Assembly (NCBI GenBank): GCA_017654855.1
Contig: CM030335.1
Span: forward strand, 2,418,001 to 2,482,000
Reading direction: 5' to 3'
DNA from: Podospora anserina
Lineage: Eukaryota
Length of the DNA stretch: 64,000 nucleotides
Position numbers and translations under genes: made by a program. Each line of letters opens with the position of its first letter. Position 1 is the stretch's first letter. Shown piece after piece: positions 36,585 through 47,387 of this stretch. The notes beneath the pieces were generated by a model. It saw nothing but the letters and a program-made list of their open reading frames with translations, did not search any database and was not told where the DNA came from.

Positions 36585-37185
36585 AGATAAGCCTGGCTTA
36601 TCTCGCCCTAGTCTCGATCATCACCTAGATCCTCCCCTTACCCCCCCCCCCTTCTTATCCTTATCCCCCACATCAATTTGAAGACAACGCCACATCTCTG
36701 ATATTCCTGCCTCATCTACAGGGCTAGGTGGCCGTGTTTTCTTTCTTTATCTTTCCCGAGACATCATCATTCACCACCGCATACATACGGACGGAAGTAC
36801 TACTACACCACCAACCACCCCCATACCGAGGTGAACGTCGTCTGGGGACGAACGGGAACACGGAAAACCTTGGAATCGACTGGCGAGAGATAAGCTCACA
36901 TATTCAACGGCTTTTTTCTTACATCGGGACGACTATTTTCGGTCATCAACACGCCCCCCCCCCTCTGTGTTTACGGTACGCCCCTGTGTTGTGTCATGAA
37001 CAGCAGCGGCAACAGCTCAACCAACCCACCCAAGTGCTTCTTTCTTGATAGAGAGATAGGGAAACTTTCCGAGTACCTATAGGCCCCCTGCGATAACTGT
37101 GCCGAAACCGAGCAGCAGGCAAGGCAAGGCAACCTTATCTACAAAGGCCCTGTTGTTCATTACACATCTCTTATCAGTTATCGAC
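36585..37185. promoter_or_regulatory. Cluster of GATA sites upstream of the DAL81/tamA-like gene
   Basis: Inverted pair AGATAAGC-ctg-GCTTATCT at 36585-36603, plus several further HGATAR/YTATCD sites up to ~37185. Confidence 0.4.
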
Positions 37186-37746
37186 TTCGGCCCAACCACC
37201 AACCAGCAACACCTTTTACCAGCCTGCCTCTTTGAGAAACTGCTGACATAACGGTTTTCCTCGTTGGGGTGTGTGTGATTCCATCTCGTGACGACCACAG
37301 GCGTGGACCCTGTTCTCTCTCTCTCTCTCTCGGCTTAAGGAATTCGGTCAAAGCTCGATCGATCTGTTTGGTTCTCCACGCGGGGTGGTGACATACCGTC
37401 TGATCATCCTTTTCTGGGCTGAAGGATTTGAGGATAGGAAAGTGGAGTTGTGAATAGTGTGGTCTTTTCTCTGGGCCGCCGTCATTGACTGGATATTCCG
37501 CGGGGGAAAATACTGTCTTCTTGTCCATCCATCTCTCTGAGAGGCTGACAGCGGAAGGAGAGGTCATTTTCGTGCATATTCCAACCAGACACGGCTTGCG
37601 ATACCACCACCCCCTCCCGTCCGTCTTTTTTCCTCGGAACTGTTGGAACACGCAGTTTTTGATTTTGGGGGCTGCCCGGACTTATTTTTTTTTTTTTGAA
37701 CATTCGGGAGTTCCCGAACATAGACGTCCCTTTTTAACAAGCAGCC

Positions 37747-39236
37747 ATGTCCACCTCGATCGCCGTCCCAAGGACGGCCCCCATAGCTATCGCGCCAAAA
37801 CCCCCCGCGGCACGCTTCCCACCGAGTCGACAGGGCAGTGTGCACCACCACGGCCACAACTTTGACTCTTACGGGAGCGGGTTCAACTCGCCTGATTCGG
37901 GGTCGGTGCTGAGCTTGAACACGCCGCCGTGCGAGGCTTGCCGGAACAGGAGGAGTGAGTGCGTTATGGGTGAGGATACCGAGGAGCACTGCGTGGCTTG
38001 TCAGTATAGTGGGACCGAGTGCTCGTTGGTGGAGAGCAGTGGGAGTAGCAGCCCTTTGGGGGCGAGGAAGAGGAAGTTGAATGGAGGGGATGGGGCGGAG
38101 GAGGGGAGGAGTAAGAGGAGGTGAGACAGAACAATTTTTTTTTTCTTTTTTTCCTTTTTTTTCTTTTTGCTGATGACAGGATGGGAGGGGTGGGGGGCCA
38201 CGTTTTATGTGAATGGCTCTCTTCTTCTTCTTCTTCTTCTTCATCTTCTTCATCACATTCCTTTCTGTTTTCTTTTCTACTTCTTACCTACCTATGCCCA
38301 CCCCCACCAAAGGCCAAGATAGGCCATCGAGATCTTGTGTCTCTAACAGGACTTACCTGACATGTTGATTGGTCAATAGTTCCCCAGGACGGTCTGATAA
38401 CAGATCGCAGCGTCGGCGGCAGAACCAGCACCACCAGCAACCCAGCGTCTCGTGCACCACGACCAGCAGCTCCCTAATCGAAGACATGGCCAACTTTGGC
38501 GGGCCCACGCTGCTCAAGCGCACGTTGGGGCTGCAGGCGGATCGGTACTGCCAGTACATTGGGCCCACCACCGACTTTGAGCCCTCGCTCATCAACCTGT
38601 CATCATTCGACCCGCAAGATGAGAGTCTGCTCGCGAGGGGGACGTTGAGGAGGGTGAGCGACAACGACACGTTCTTGTTGCTGCCGGACAACAACACGCC
38701 GGGGTATGATCACATCGTCGAGGACGCGGACGAGATTGAGAACATTGTGGCGCCGCACGGGAGGAGGCTGATCGACCTCTACTTTCGGGTAGTGCACCCG
38801 GGCTTTCCCATCATTCAACGGAGTGTGTTTTATGAAAAGTATGAGAGGAGCCACCGCGAGTTTTCGCCGCCGTTGCTGGCGGCCGTGTATATCCTGGCCA
38901 TCAACTGGTGGGAGCACGAGGAGGAGCTGGCGGGGTTGCCGAAGCCGAATGTGAGGGAGCTGGAAAGGTTGGTGAGGACCACGTTGGCGGATGCCATGTA
39001 CAGGCCGAAGCTGTCGACGATACAGGCGGGGTTGCTGTTGAGCCAGAGGCCGGAGGGGGATCAGTGGGCGCCGACTGCGCAGCTTGTGGCGGTGGGACAG
39101 GAGCTGGGGTTGCATTTGGATTGCACGAACTGGAAGATTCCGCCTTGGGAGAGGGGGTTGAGGAAGAGGCTGGCTTGGGCTCTGTATTTGCAGGTTAGTG
39201 TTGTTGTTTTTTTTTCTTTTTTTTTTCTTTTTTCTT

Positions 39237-39289
<53 letters not shown>

Positions 39290-40594
39290 TTTTTTCTTTT
39301 TTCTTTTTTTTTCATTTTTTCATTTTTTTTTTTTTTTTTTTTTTTATTTTTTTTTAATTTTTTTTTTAATTTTTTTTGCATTTTTTTTCTTTTTCTTATT
39401 CTTTTTCATTTTTTTTTATTCTCGTAGTGTATGACTTGTTTGATATTGACTTGTTGTGTCCAGGATAAATGGGGCGCCCTCGTCCACGGCCGACCTTCCC
39501 ATATCTTTGCGTCCAACTGGGCCGTCCAGCCGCTCAATCCCAACGACTTTCCCGACATTGAATGCGACGAGACCGACGCCGAGGAACGGCTCGAGCTTGA
39601 GAGGGGTCGGGTCCTTTTCAGGCAAATGGTCCAGCTTTCCCAAATCCTGGCCGAAATCCTGGACACGTTTTACACTTTGCAGGCAACCTCTCAGATCGCC
39701 AACGCCGGCCCGCAGGGCACTCAGCTCGTCTTGTCCCTCGCCAAGCCCATCCAGCTCAAGCTCAAGGAGTGGTATTCCGCCCTCCCGGCCCTCGTCAGGA
39801 TGGACTCGACCTTTCAGACCACACCCTCGTCCTCTTCGGGGAGCAGGTTCTCCCCGATCGGCTATCTGCACCTGGCCTACTTTGCAACCGAGATCACGCT
39901 CCACCGCCGCATCATCAGGTCCATGTCCGCCCTTCCGGAGGACAACAACCCCAACTCGCCGTCCATCGACCCTTACATCCAGCACATTTGCCGCTCGGCC
40001 GCCAAGGCCAGACTCATCTCCGCAATGGATTTCGTCAACCGGCTCACTCCGTCCCACCTGAGGGCGTTTTGGTACTTTGCCTCCAAGACAAACTTTGCGC
40101 TGATCGGGACGTTTGGGAGCCTGCTGTGGGGGACGAGCCCGGGGAGGGAGGAGGCGGAGTGGTATAGACGGCGGCTGGGCGAGTACAGGTGGACGCTGAG
40201 CGTGTCAAGCAAGCCGGGGGAGGGGACGAGCAAGGGGTTGACCGAGTTTGCGATGGGGATGCTGGATATCAGCACGGGGTTGTTGAAGAAGCTGCCGGAG
40301 AAGCCGTTGTTGAGTCGGAGCGGGAGTGAGGTTGGGTTTGGAGGGCCAGGGGGGGTGGATCAGGTGAGGAGGAGCAGCTTGTTTGCCTTGGGGCATGCGG
40401 GGGGGAGTTCGGCGAGTTTGAACAGCATGGCTGGGGGTGGTGGGAGGGGGGGGACGGGAGGGGGGTTTAGTTTGGGGATGCAGAGTCCCAGGAGTGATAT
40501 TGGGGAGGAGGAGGGGGAGGAGATGGACAGTGAGGATGATGGGGAGGGGGAAGGGGAAGGGGGGGGGTATGGGAGTTTTTCGGTTGGGAACTGA
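37747..40594 (+). CDS. DAL81: Zn(II)2Cys6 transcription factor, Dal81/TamA-like, 772 aa; exons 37747-38120, 38380-39193, 39464-40594
   Basis: CEACRNRRSEC..CVAC...C; TLGLQ.DRY.QYIG.T; HG..LIDLYFRVVHPGFPI; RPKLSTIQAGLLLSQ; LRKRLAWALYLQ|DKWGALVHGRP; HLRAFWYFAS. Confidence 0.85.
39205..39420. repeat. ~215-nt poly-T-rich tract inside DAL81 intron 2
   Basis: Direct reading. Confidence 0.9.
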
Positions 40595-41501
40595 GCCTGC
40601 TTGACGGTTTTGAACTGGGGGGGAGAGGTCAGACGGGGGTTTCGTGTGTGGATTTTTGAGTTGCGCTCTGCCTTATATGGGGGAGCTCGGGTTCAAGACG
40701 GGAATTTCGTGCCATACGGGGAAGAAGGAAGTGGAGAGTGGTGGTGCAGAGGTGGCAGTCGCCACGACTTCCCATTTGGGAACACACAATATTGGCAGAT
40801 TTTCAGCTTGACGATGCAGTCAGAGAGCTGGAAACTGCCTTTATTTGATCCCCTCAAAACTTCCGCGGAGATGCAAAGATTGCGCGATGGGGAGCACGCG
40901 ATCTACCCGCTTTCTACGTGTTCTACTTTTTCTGTACCAACAGGGCAGTTTGTGGGGAATGTCATGTGCCAGCGGGTAATGGCGTCACTTTTTTTTTTTT
41001 TGGGGGCGGTGGGCGGTAAGGGAGGGAGGACCCTAGGTGCATTAGGTGTGAGGGGAACTATCACCATCACATGAGAGAGTAAGGGAGGACTTTTTCTTTT
41101 TCTTTTCTTGGATGATTTGATGAAACACATGTTATGATTCTCTTTTTGATACCCGAGTTCTATATGTTTTTATAGAAGGTTGCGGGTAGGAATTTTCTTT
41201 GTTTTTTTTGTTTTGTTCGAAGGGTATCATGGCAAGGGAGGGGGATGGTAAAGATTGATATAACTTGATATGATAGGTAGGAAGGATTAGGATAGACTGA
41301 CTGGCATGATGTTATGGCAACGATGTTTAGATTTTTATGAAAGAGAGATTGGAATAGAATAGAGAGTCAGTCGTGTTATTGTTACAGTGTTGATTTATTT
41401 TCCTGCTCCAAAGGAAAACAAAGATGTTTGCTGACGTGCTAGACTAACTAACTTACTACCTACCTACCTACCCATCCATAGCTTCTTCCCCTTCTTTTCT
41501 C

Positions 41502-43243
41502 TCAACCCACAACCCTTTTCGCGAACGCACCCTCAAAAAGCCTGTTCCCCTCAGGCGGACTCCTCAACAGCCCGTTCCTGGGCAGCGCAGGGTTGTTGCA
41601 GTAGTCGTCCCTCACGCTGATGCAGACACCGGGCGTGCCGCGGCAGCAGGACAGCAGGATGCAGGCGGAGCCGTACTCGCAGTCGGAGTTGACGGCGCAG
41701 CCCTTTGCGCCGCAGACGTCGCCGGCCCAGGCGCAGACGTTGCCTGCCGACTCGGCGGCCTCGGCGCAGAGGCAGAGGTCGGTGTAGTCGTCGATGGTTT
41801 CCGGGTTGGGGGTTGCGCCGCCGGCGGAGCAGAGGTCGCCTGGGGTGTTGCAGGACCAGGGGTTTTGGCAGGTGGAGGCGCAGACGCCGTTTATGCAGCC
41901 GGAGGGGCACTATATAGGGTTGGTAAGGGGATTGGGAAGGGGAAGGGGGTAAGACGTACTACTTTATTGCAGCGACCGCAGTTGTTGGGGTCGTTCTTGT
42001 AGACGCAGACGTCACCGCAGAGGTGCTGCTCGGGATCGGCGCACTGGCAGCCGCAGTACTTGTCCTTGACGCCCTCGTAGGTGAGGGCGGCGTTGGCCAT
42101 GCTGTAGTAGGCCACGTAGGCGGAGGCTAGGTTGCGGCAGGAGGAGAGGGAGGACTCGGTGCGGAAGCGCTCGTTGCAGCGGTCAAGGAGGCGGGCGGCG
42201 AAGCCCGAGTTGCAGGTGGTGAAGGTTTGGGTGCAGTCGGCTGTCGGGTGGGTGGATTAATATCTCGAACACAAAGGAGGGGGGGAAGAGAAAAGGGGTG
42301 AAAAAGACTCACTCCAGCAGACATCCACCCAGTTGCAGGCATCTTCAAACGTCTCGTGCAGCTTTGGCGCGAAATACCACCTCCACCAATCTGTCGGGCC
42401 GCATCCGTTGGACGTCACCGGGGGGGCGGGGTCGCGGGTGGTGTAGTCTGCGCCTTTGGGGCAAGTCTTGGTAACGGGGGGGTTGGCGATGACGTCTCGG
42501 AGTCGTGGGAGGACGTACAATCCCACCGTGATGCTCGGCCGACCCCCGCTGCTCTCGGAAACCTGGACGCCACCGTTCTCCTGCCTCTTGGAAAACACGT
42601 GGGACTGCTTCTTGGTAGGGGGGATACCCCGAGCGTAAAGCTTGCCGTCCTTGACGGCAAACTCAAACTCTAGCCCGTTGATCACACCCGCAGTGGAAAG
42701 ACCGTCGCACTGGACGGAGAAGACTGTGGTGACGTAGGGCTGGCCCCGTTCATCGCGGAGGGCGGTCTGCCCGTTTGTGCTGCGGAGGACCCAGCCTACT
42801 TCCCCGTTTTTGAAGATGGCGAGGTAGCGGGATGGTCTGTCGCCCCGGCCGGGGAGGCGAACGTCAAAGACGCCTCTGGGGGAGAAGACGTTGTTAGGGG
42901 TTTCGAAGACGAGACCTTGGAATTGGTCGTCGGGATCGGTCTCCTCGATGGCGCGGCTGGTGCGCCGGTCGCGGGTGACGGCGAGGCCGTTGGGGGTGAG
43001 GTAGGTGAAGTCGCGAGGCCCGTTTGGGTCGACGGCGCAGCGTTCGTACGAGGGAGGGATGAGGGGTCTGTAGCCTGGTCCTCGGAGGGGGGTGGGGAGG
43101 GATTCGGCCGACCAGATGGCGTCTTTGAAGGTGTTGAGGGCGATGGCGTCGGCGGCGACCTCTGCCGTGTTGGCTTCCGAGGCTACGGCGGCGTGGGCGC
43201 CGGTGAGGGAGGAGAGGAGGGAAAGGAGGGTGAGGGACTTCAT
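41502..43243 (-). CDS. Secreted Cys-rich multidomain protein (PLA2-like + Stig1-like modules), 539 aa; exons 43243-42313, 42240-41960, 41909-41502
   Basis: Signal peptide MKSLTLLSLLSSLTGAHA; KR site; NGCGP...ACNWVDVCW|TDC....CN..F; NDPNNCGRCNKV|CPSGCINGVC; Cys-rich tail. Confidence 0.8.
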
Positions 43244-44241
43244 TGTGAAGAGTGAGAGCCCGGGGCTCGGTCTGGAAGAGAAAAGGATGACCGATGACAA
43301 CACAGGAGAGGAAAATTGCATCAACGAGGGGGAAGGAAAGAAGGTATGGGTTTTATTCTCTGACTATTCTATCACGGGTACGGAATGGTTGCCATCACGA
43401 CCGCAGAGTACACGATACAACCAACCTCACTCAAGCTAGCGACCAGTCACTATCCAGAATCCCATATCCCTCGTGGTTACCGGGCCATCCAGCTCACGAT
43501 GGAGAATCGGTTCAGGGGTGGACCAACGGACCGTATAATATGCCGTGGAATTCGGTGACCAACCTCACTTTCCACTCTTCCAACTTTTCATCCCTGCAGA
43601 TCTTGCCGACTGTTCAGCAGGTGAGCTGCGGCCCGACTTTCTGTCCAGCATTCCTGAACTATGCTGGTCAGGAGGTATGGAAATATGCAGGAACAGGCAC
43701 GTCAGGGAAATTGGTATACAATACAAAACTGCTTCCATTGTATCACCATCACTCCCGCAACAACAATTCAACAACATTAAAGAAGAAACGACCAGGTAGG
43801 TATCGAGCCAGCCAGCCAGTCAGCTTCACCCGAGCTTCACCATTCAGATGATAGCCAACCTATGTCTCGGATCACCATCTTACTGCAAGGTACACTAGAG
43901 AAAATGTCTCATGCATAGAGGAATGAACCACGGAACTGTGGTAATGACGGCATCTTGTCGAACGCCCAACGGTAGCTGTCAAACTAAGGAAACGGAGACT
44001 GCGGGTTGAGGTTCCTAAGAATGGCTTTCGTAATTAGTTAGCTCTTCCGAATATCTCTGCACTCTTTTGAGGGCCTGTTGGTCATCTTTTGAGTTCCCGT
44101 TTCTTAGTCACAGCATGAGTGGTGAGAATAGGGGCAAAAAGGGGGCAGTGCCAAGACGTCAGTCAACATGGACGGGAATCAGCTGTGGAACCCAAAGTTA
44201 AAGAATCCCACCAAAAACATACCACACCGAGAATTACCCAA

Positions 44242-44625
44242 TGTGACGAACCCCTGTACAGAACCTCTGAAAGGGATACGGGTTGAAGGTAACTTCTGAC
44301 AATTGGTTCGGTGCAGCTAAACAGTGCACAACAAGATGTCTCAATGTAAACACAAGATACCGTGAATACAATTGTGAATTGCATACTGCGGAACTGTCTA
44401 TCTACACCAGCCAGTTCCTCCGTATATATAGACCTGTTTATCACCATTATCACCAGTGATAATGTCGATTATCACTCGTCGTTCACCGAAGACTGGTGAT
44501 AATCGTGATTATCACCCTTGGCGCTAGTGATAATCTGACTTCCCCACTTTTCCGTTCCTAGTGGTTGGACGGGTCGCGCCCCGCGCTCCCCACTTATGTC
44601 AGGTCCGTGACACAAGGTCGTAACA
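44242..44625 (-). mobile_element. Solo LTR (384 bp) of a probable Ty3/gypsy element
   Basis: TG...CA ends with imperfect inverted termini TGTGACGAACC / TGTTACGACC; flanks CCCAA (44237-41) and CCTAA (44626-30) form a 5-bp TSD with one C>T; TATATATA at ~44423. Strand is inferred. Confidence 0.75.
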
Positions 44626-44670
44626 CCTAAGCAGAGGGGAGTATAGTGGAGCAAAACCTTTAGGGGAAAA

Positions 44671-44810
44671 ATATATACCACCAGGGATTCCCTGGTGGTT
44701 ACCTACCTGAGTACTGGTCTAGCACTCACCTGAGTACTAGTGGCACTCAACTGCTTATCTAGGGGAAAGCGGACGGGATCCCGAGTTTTCAACTGGTTAT
44801 GGTCGTATGT
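44671..44810 (-). rRNA. 5S rRNA gene, probably a pseudogene, with a ~21-nt internal duplication
   Basis: Minus strand ACATACGACCATA...GAAAACTCGGGATCCCGTCCGCT...AGATAAGC...ACCAGGGAATCCCTGGTG followed by a T-run; closely resembles Neurospora-type dispersed 5S; 140 nt instead of ~119. Confidence 0.85.
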
Positions 44811-45349
44811 AATTGTTGATGGTGGTTTTAGGTATTATGTGAGACAACGGTTGATTCTGAGTACTTGGGTCAGTCCTGGCATGCGCACCTTGCTTTTGCC
44901 AGAGATGCTGTGTTAGTTCTGAGACCTGGAGGATGAGGGTTGGGTTGATGAAGAGGAGGGAAACAAGAGGATGGATTTGGATAGGTAGGTAGTAGGCACA
45001 TGGAATGGGGGTAGGGGATGGATCTCACTGGAGACATGGTTTTGTTTGGCACCTACCCGATGGATATATATACCAAGGTACTCAGTGCTACCCTGGTGGT
45101 CGCTCATACTTTGAAGCTTTGAGGTAACTAAGGAAGGTGGTGGTGAGTAGCGAGAGGTAGTAGGAAGAGACTGGGTTAGTCCTGTCGAGAGCTCAGGGGG
45201 TAAGTGAGCGATCCAATCAGCTTCAGTCTCACACAAAGTCATTGCTCTGCTGTCCCGTTGTCCTATTGTTTACTGAATAACACGGACCCCGAAACCAAAA
45301 CAAAACCTCCCAAAGGAGTACAAAAAAACATCTTTGAGATTGTGAATGT

Positions 45350-45417
45350 TTTTATTTTTGTGTTTTTTTTCTTTTTTTCTTTTTTTCTTTTTTTCTTTTT
45401 TTCTTTTTTTCTTTTTT

Positions 45418-45468
<51 letters not shown>

Positions 45469-45527
45469 CTTTTTTTCTTTTTTTCTTTTTTTCTTTTTTT
45501 CTTTTTTTCTTTTTTTTTCTTTTTTTT
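45350..45527. repeat. Intergenic poly-T/(T)nC tract
   Basis: Direct reading. Confidence 0.9.
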
Positions 45528-45707
45528 GGTGATCGTAAAACCATTTCCAAATATCATCTACCGAACATTACCATTCTTTCCAATCCAACCTACTTCCTCC
45601 TCCCTATCCCAATGAGACTATGATGAGAGAGTCATCATCATGCATGTTGTTTCCTCCGCCATCACAATGACAAGCGAAAGATGTACATTATTTGCACGAT
45701 TACCTCC

Positions 45708-46496
45708 TTACTTCATATAGTCCCCCCTCGCCTCCCCAAAATCCCTCCCCATCGCCCGCCAACTGCTCCTAGCCCAAGTCTTTCTTGCTAGCTCCTCTTG
45801 TACCATCCTCCTCCTAATAACCCCCATCGCATGACCCGCCGGATCCCGGCTGTTGACCACGTGTGGAAAACAAAGCCTGATCTCCTCCTCGGTAAACCGG
45901 AGTCCACCCCCCAACCTCCAAGACCTGACCTCCGTCTCGATTTCGTCGGCCTGAACGTTCAACTCCTTGAAAGTGCGGACCAGCTCCCTTAGCTTCCTCC
46001 CCCGGAGCAACCTGCAGTCGGAGCAGATTTTCGGGGCCCGCCCCCCGTCCGGCAGCGTGCGCGGCACGGCGGAGATTGGGAGGAGGGGTACTGGGGAGAG
46101 GAGGTGCCTGCAGTGGGAGGAGTTGAGGAAGGAGAGGGAACGACGGCAGATGGGGCAGGGCACCACGGGGGGTGCGGGGATCTGTGGGAGGGCGGCCCCA
46201 GGGGAGGGGGTGAAGTTGGCGGGGGTAGCGTTTGTTTGGCGGTTGCGGATGGAGTCGTGCCAGCCCTTGAAGCAGGGCTTGCAGACCATGTGGCCGCAGA
46301 GGAGAACCACGCCCGGGAGGGTGGTGGCTCGGAGGTGAGCGGGTGTGAGGGGGGTGAGGATCTTGGGGTCTTCGAGGCAGAGGTGGCAGTTGACGATCGG
46401 GGGGTTGATGGTGACCTTGGGGTCGTGGGTGTGAGCCACGAGCTGGGAGAATAGGGTGAGAATCTCACGGGTGTTGTTGGGGGTTGTGGAAGCCAT
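45708..46496 (-). CDS. RING-finger protein, 262 aa
   Basis: CHLC...CGHMVCKPC...W...CPICR, plus further CRH and CSDC motifs; ATG at 46496 in AAAATGG context. Confidence 0.8.
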   Translation of the reverse strand: MASTTPNNTREILTLFSQLVAHTHDPKVTINPPIVNCHLCLEDPKILTPLTPAHLRATTLPGVVLLCGHMVCKPCFKGWHDSIRNRQTNATPANFTPSPGAALPQIPAPPVVPCPICRRSLSFLNSSHCRHLLSPVPLLPISAVPRTLPDGGRAPKICSDCRLLRGRKLRELVRTFKELNVQADEIETEVRSWRLGGGLRFTEEEIRLCFPHVVNSRDPAGHAMGVIRRRMVQEELARKTWARSSWRAMGRDFGEARGDYMK

Positions 46497-47387
46497 TTTG
46501 GTGAATGGTGGTGGTGGTGGTGGTGGTGGTAGTGAGTGTTGTTTTGGTGATGTGTGAGTGTGGATGATGGTAGTCCGATGAGGAAAGGAAAGGTCTTCTT
46601 GAGGCTGTTGAGGATGAAGCCTGATTAAACATACCATGATGATGAGGTTCTCATGAGCGGAACAAGGCGAGTGTGTGTTGACCACAACTGGTTCATGTTG
46701 ATATACACTGGCTCTGTTGGATCACAATACCTCAAGTGTAGACTCAGCACCTTATCTATGCCGGTCTTCACTGATTGTAGTAGTGGTTTGAACTCATCTA
46801 AATCAGATTAACCTGACAATACATCTCTTCCACAACCAGCCTGTGCTATACATCGAGTCTACTTCTTGTTTTCACCTTATGTAGATACAGCGAGGATACA
46901 GTCTACCGCTGATTCAAAAGCATCCCCTAGAGTTTCTCAACCACAACTAGTCAAACACAACCGCATTGTTATGCTCAATAACAACATTATTCGCAGCATT
47001 CTTTGTTCTTCAAGCTTGAGCCCAATGCTCCTGGAAGGGGGACTTGCAGCCGTCGCCTTTGTCTAGGTGAGCACCTGGCGCATCTCCCTTACTCTTCAAT
47101 CTCTCGGCAAACATCAGCAGATATAATCAGTGCTCAAAGTGTAGAGGTGAAGTGCCATGCGTTGTTTCATACCAGTCTGACCTATCACATCAAATGGCTT
47201 TTTTGACAGTTATAAGGGTTGAGCAGAAACTTCGTTTTGATCGCTTTGAGATTTCTCCAAGAAATGCTTCTACGTTTTGTTCAGAGTGCTATGTGGATGC
47301 CAGCCGACATCAAGAAAAGCAACTGCCCAAATAACTGTTGACCATGATATCGTACAGCCTCCCTTACTCGACCGCCCTCAGCGCCCC

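Noticed and set aside
38169..38210. Possible micro-exon or nested intron in DAL81 intron 1 (internal CTGATGACAG)
   Set aside because: The donor/acceptor combinations I tried give frameshifts or stops; the single intron keeps the frame.
43545..43560. GTGGAATTCGGTG as an RNase P RNA conserved region
   Set aside because: No complementary P4 partner or other conserved regions found nearby.
44631..44650. Purine-rich run at ~44632-44641 read as a copia polypurine tract before an LTR
   Set aside because: The downstream sequence is the 5S pseudogene, and the LTR boundary is explained by the TSD at 44626-44630.
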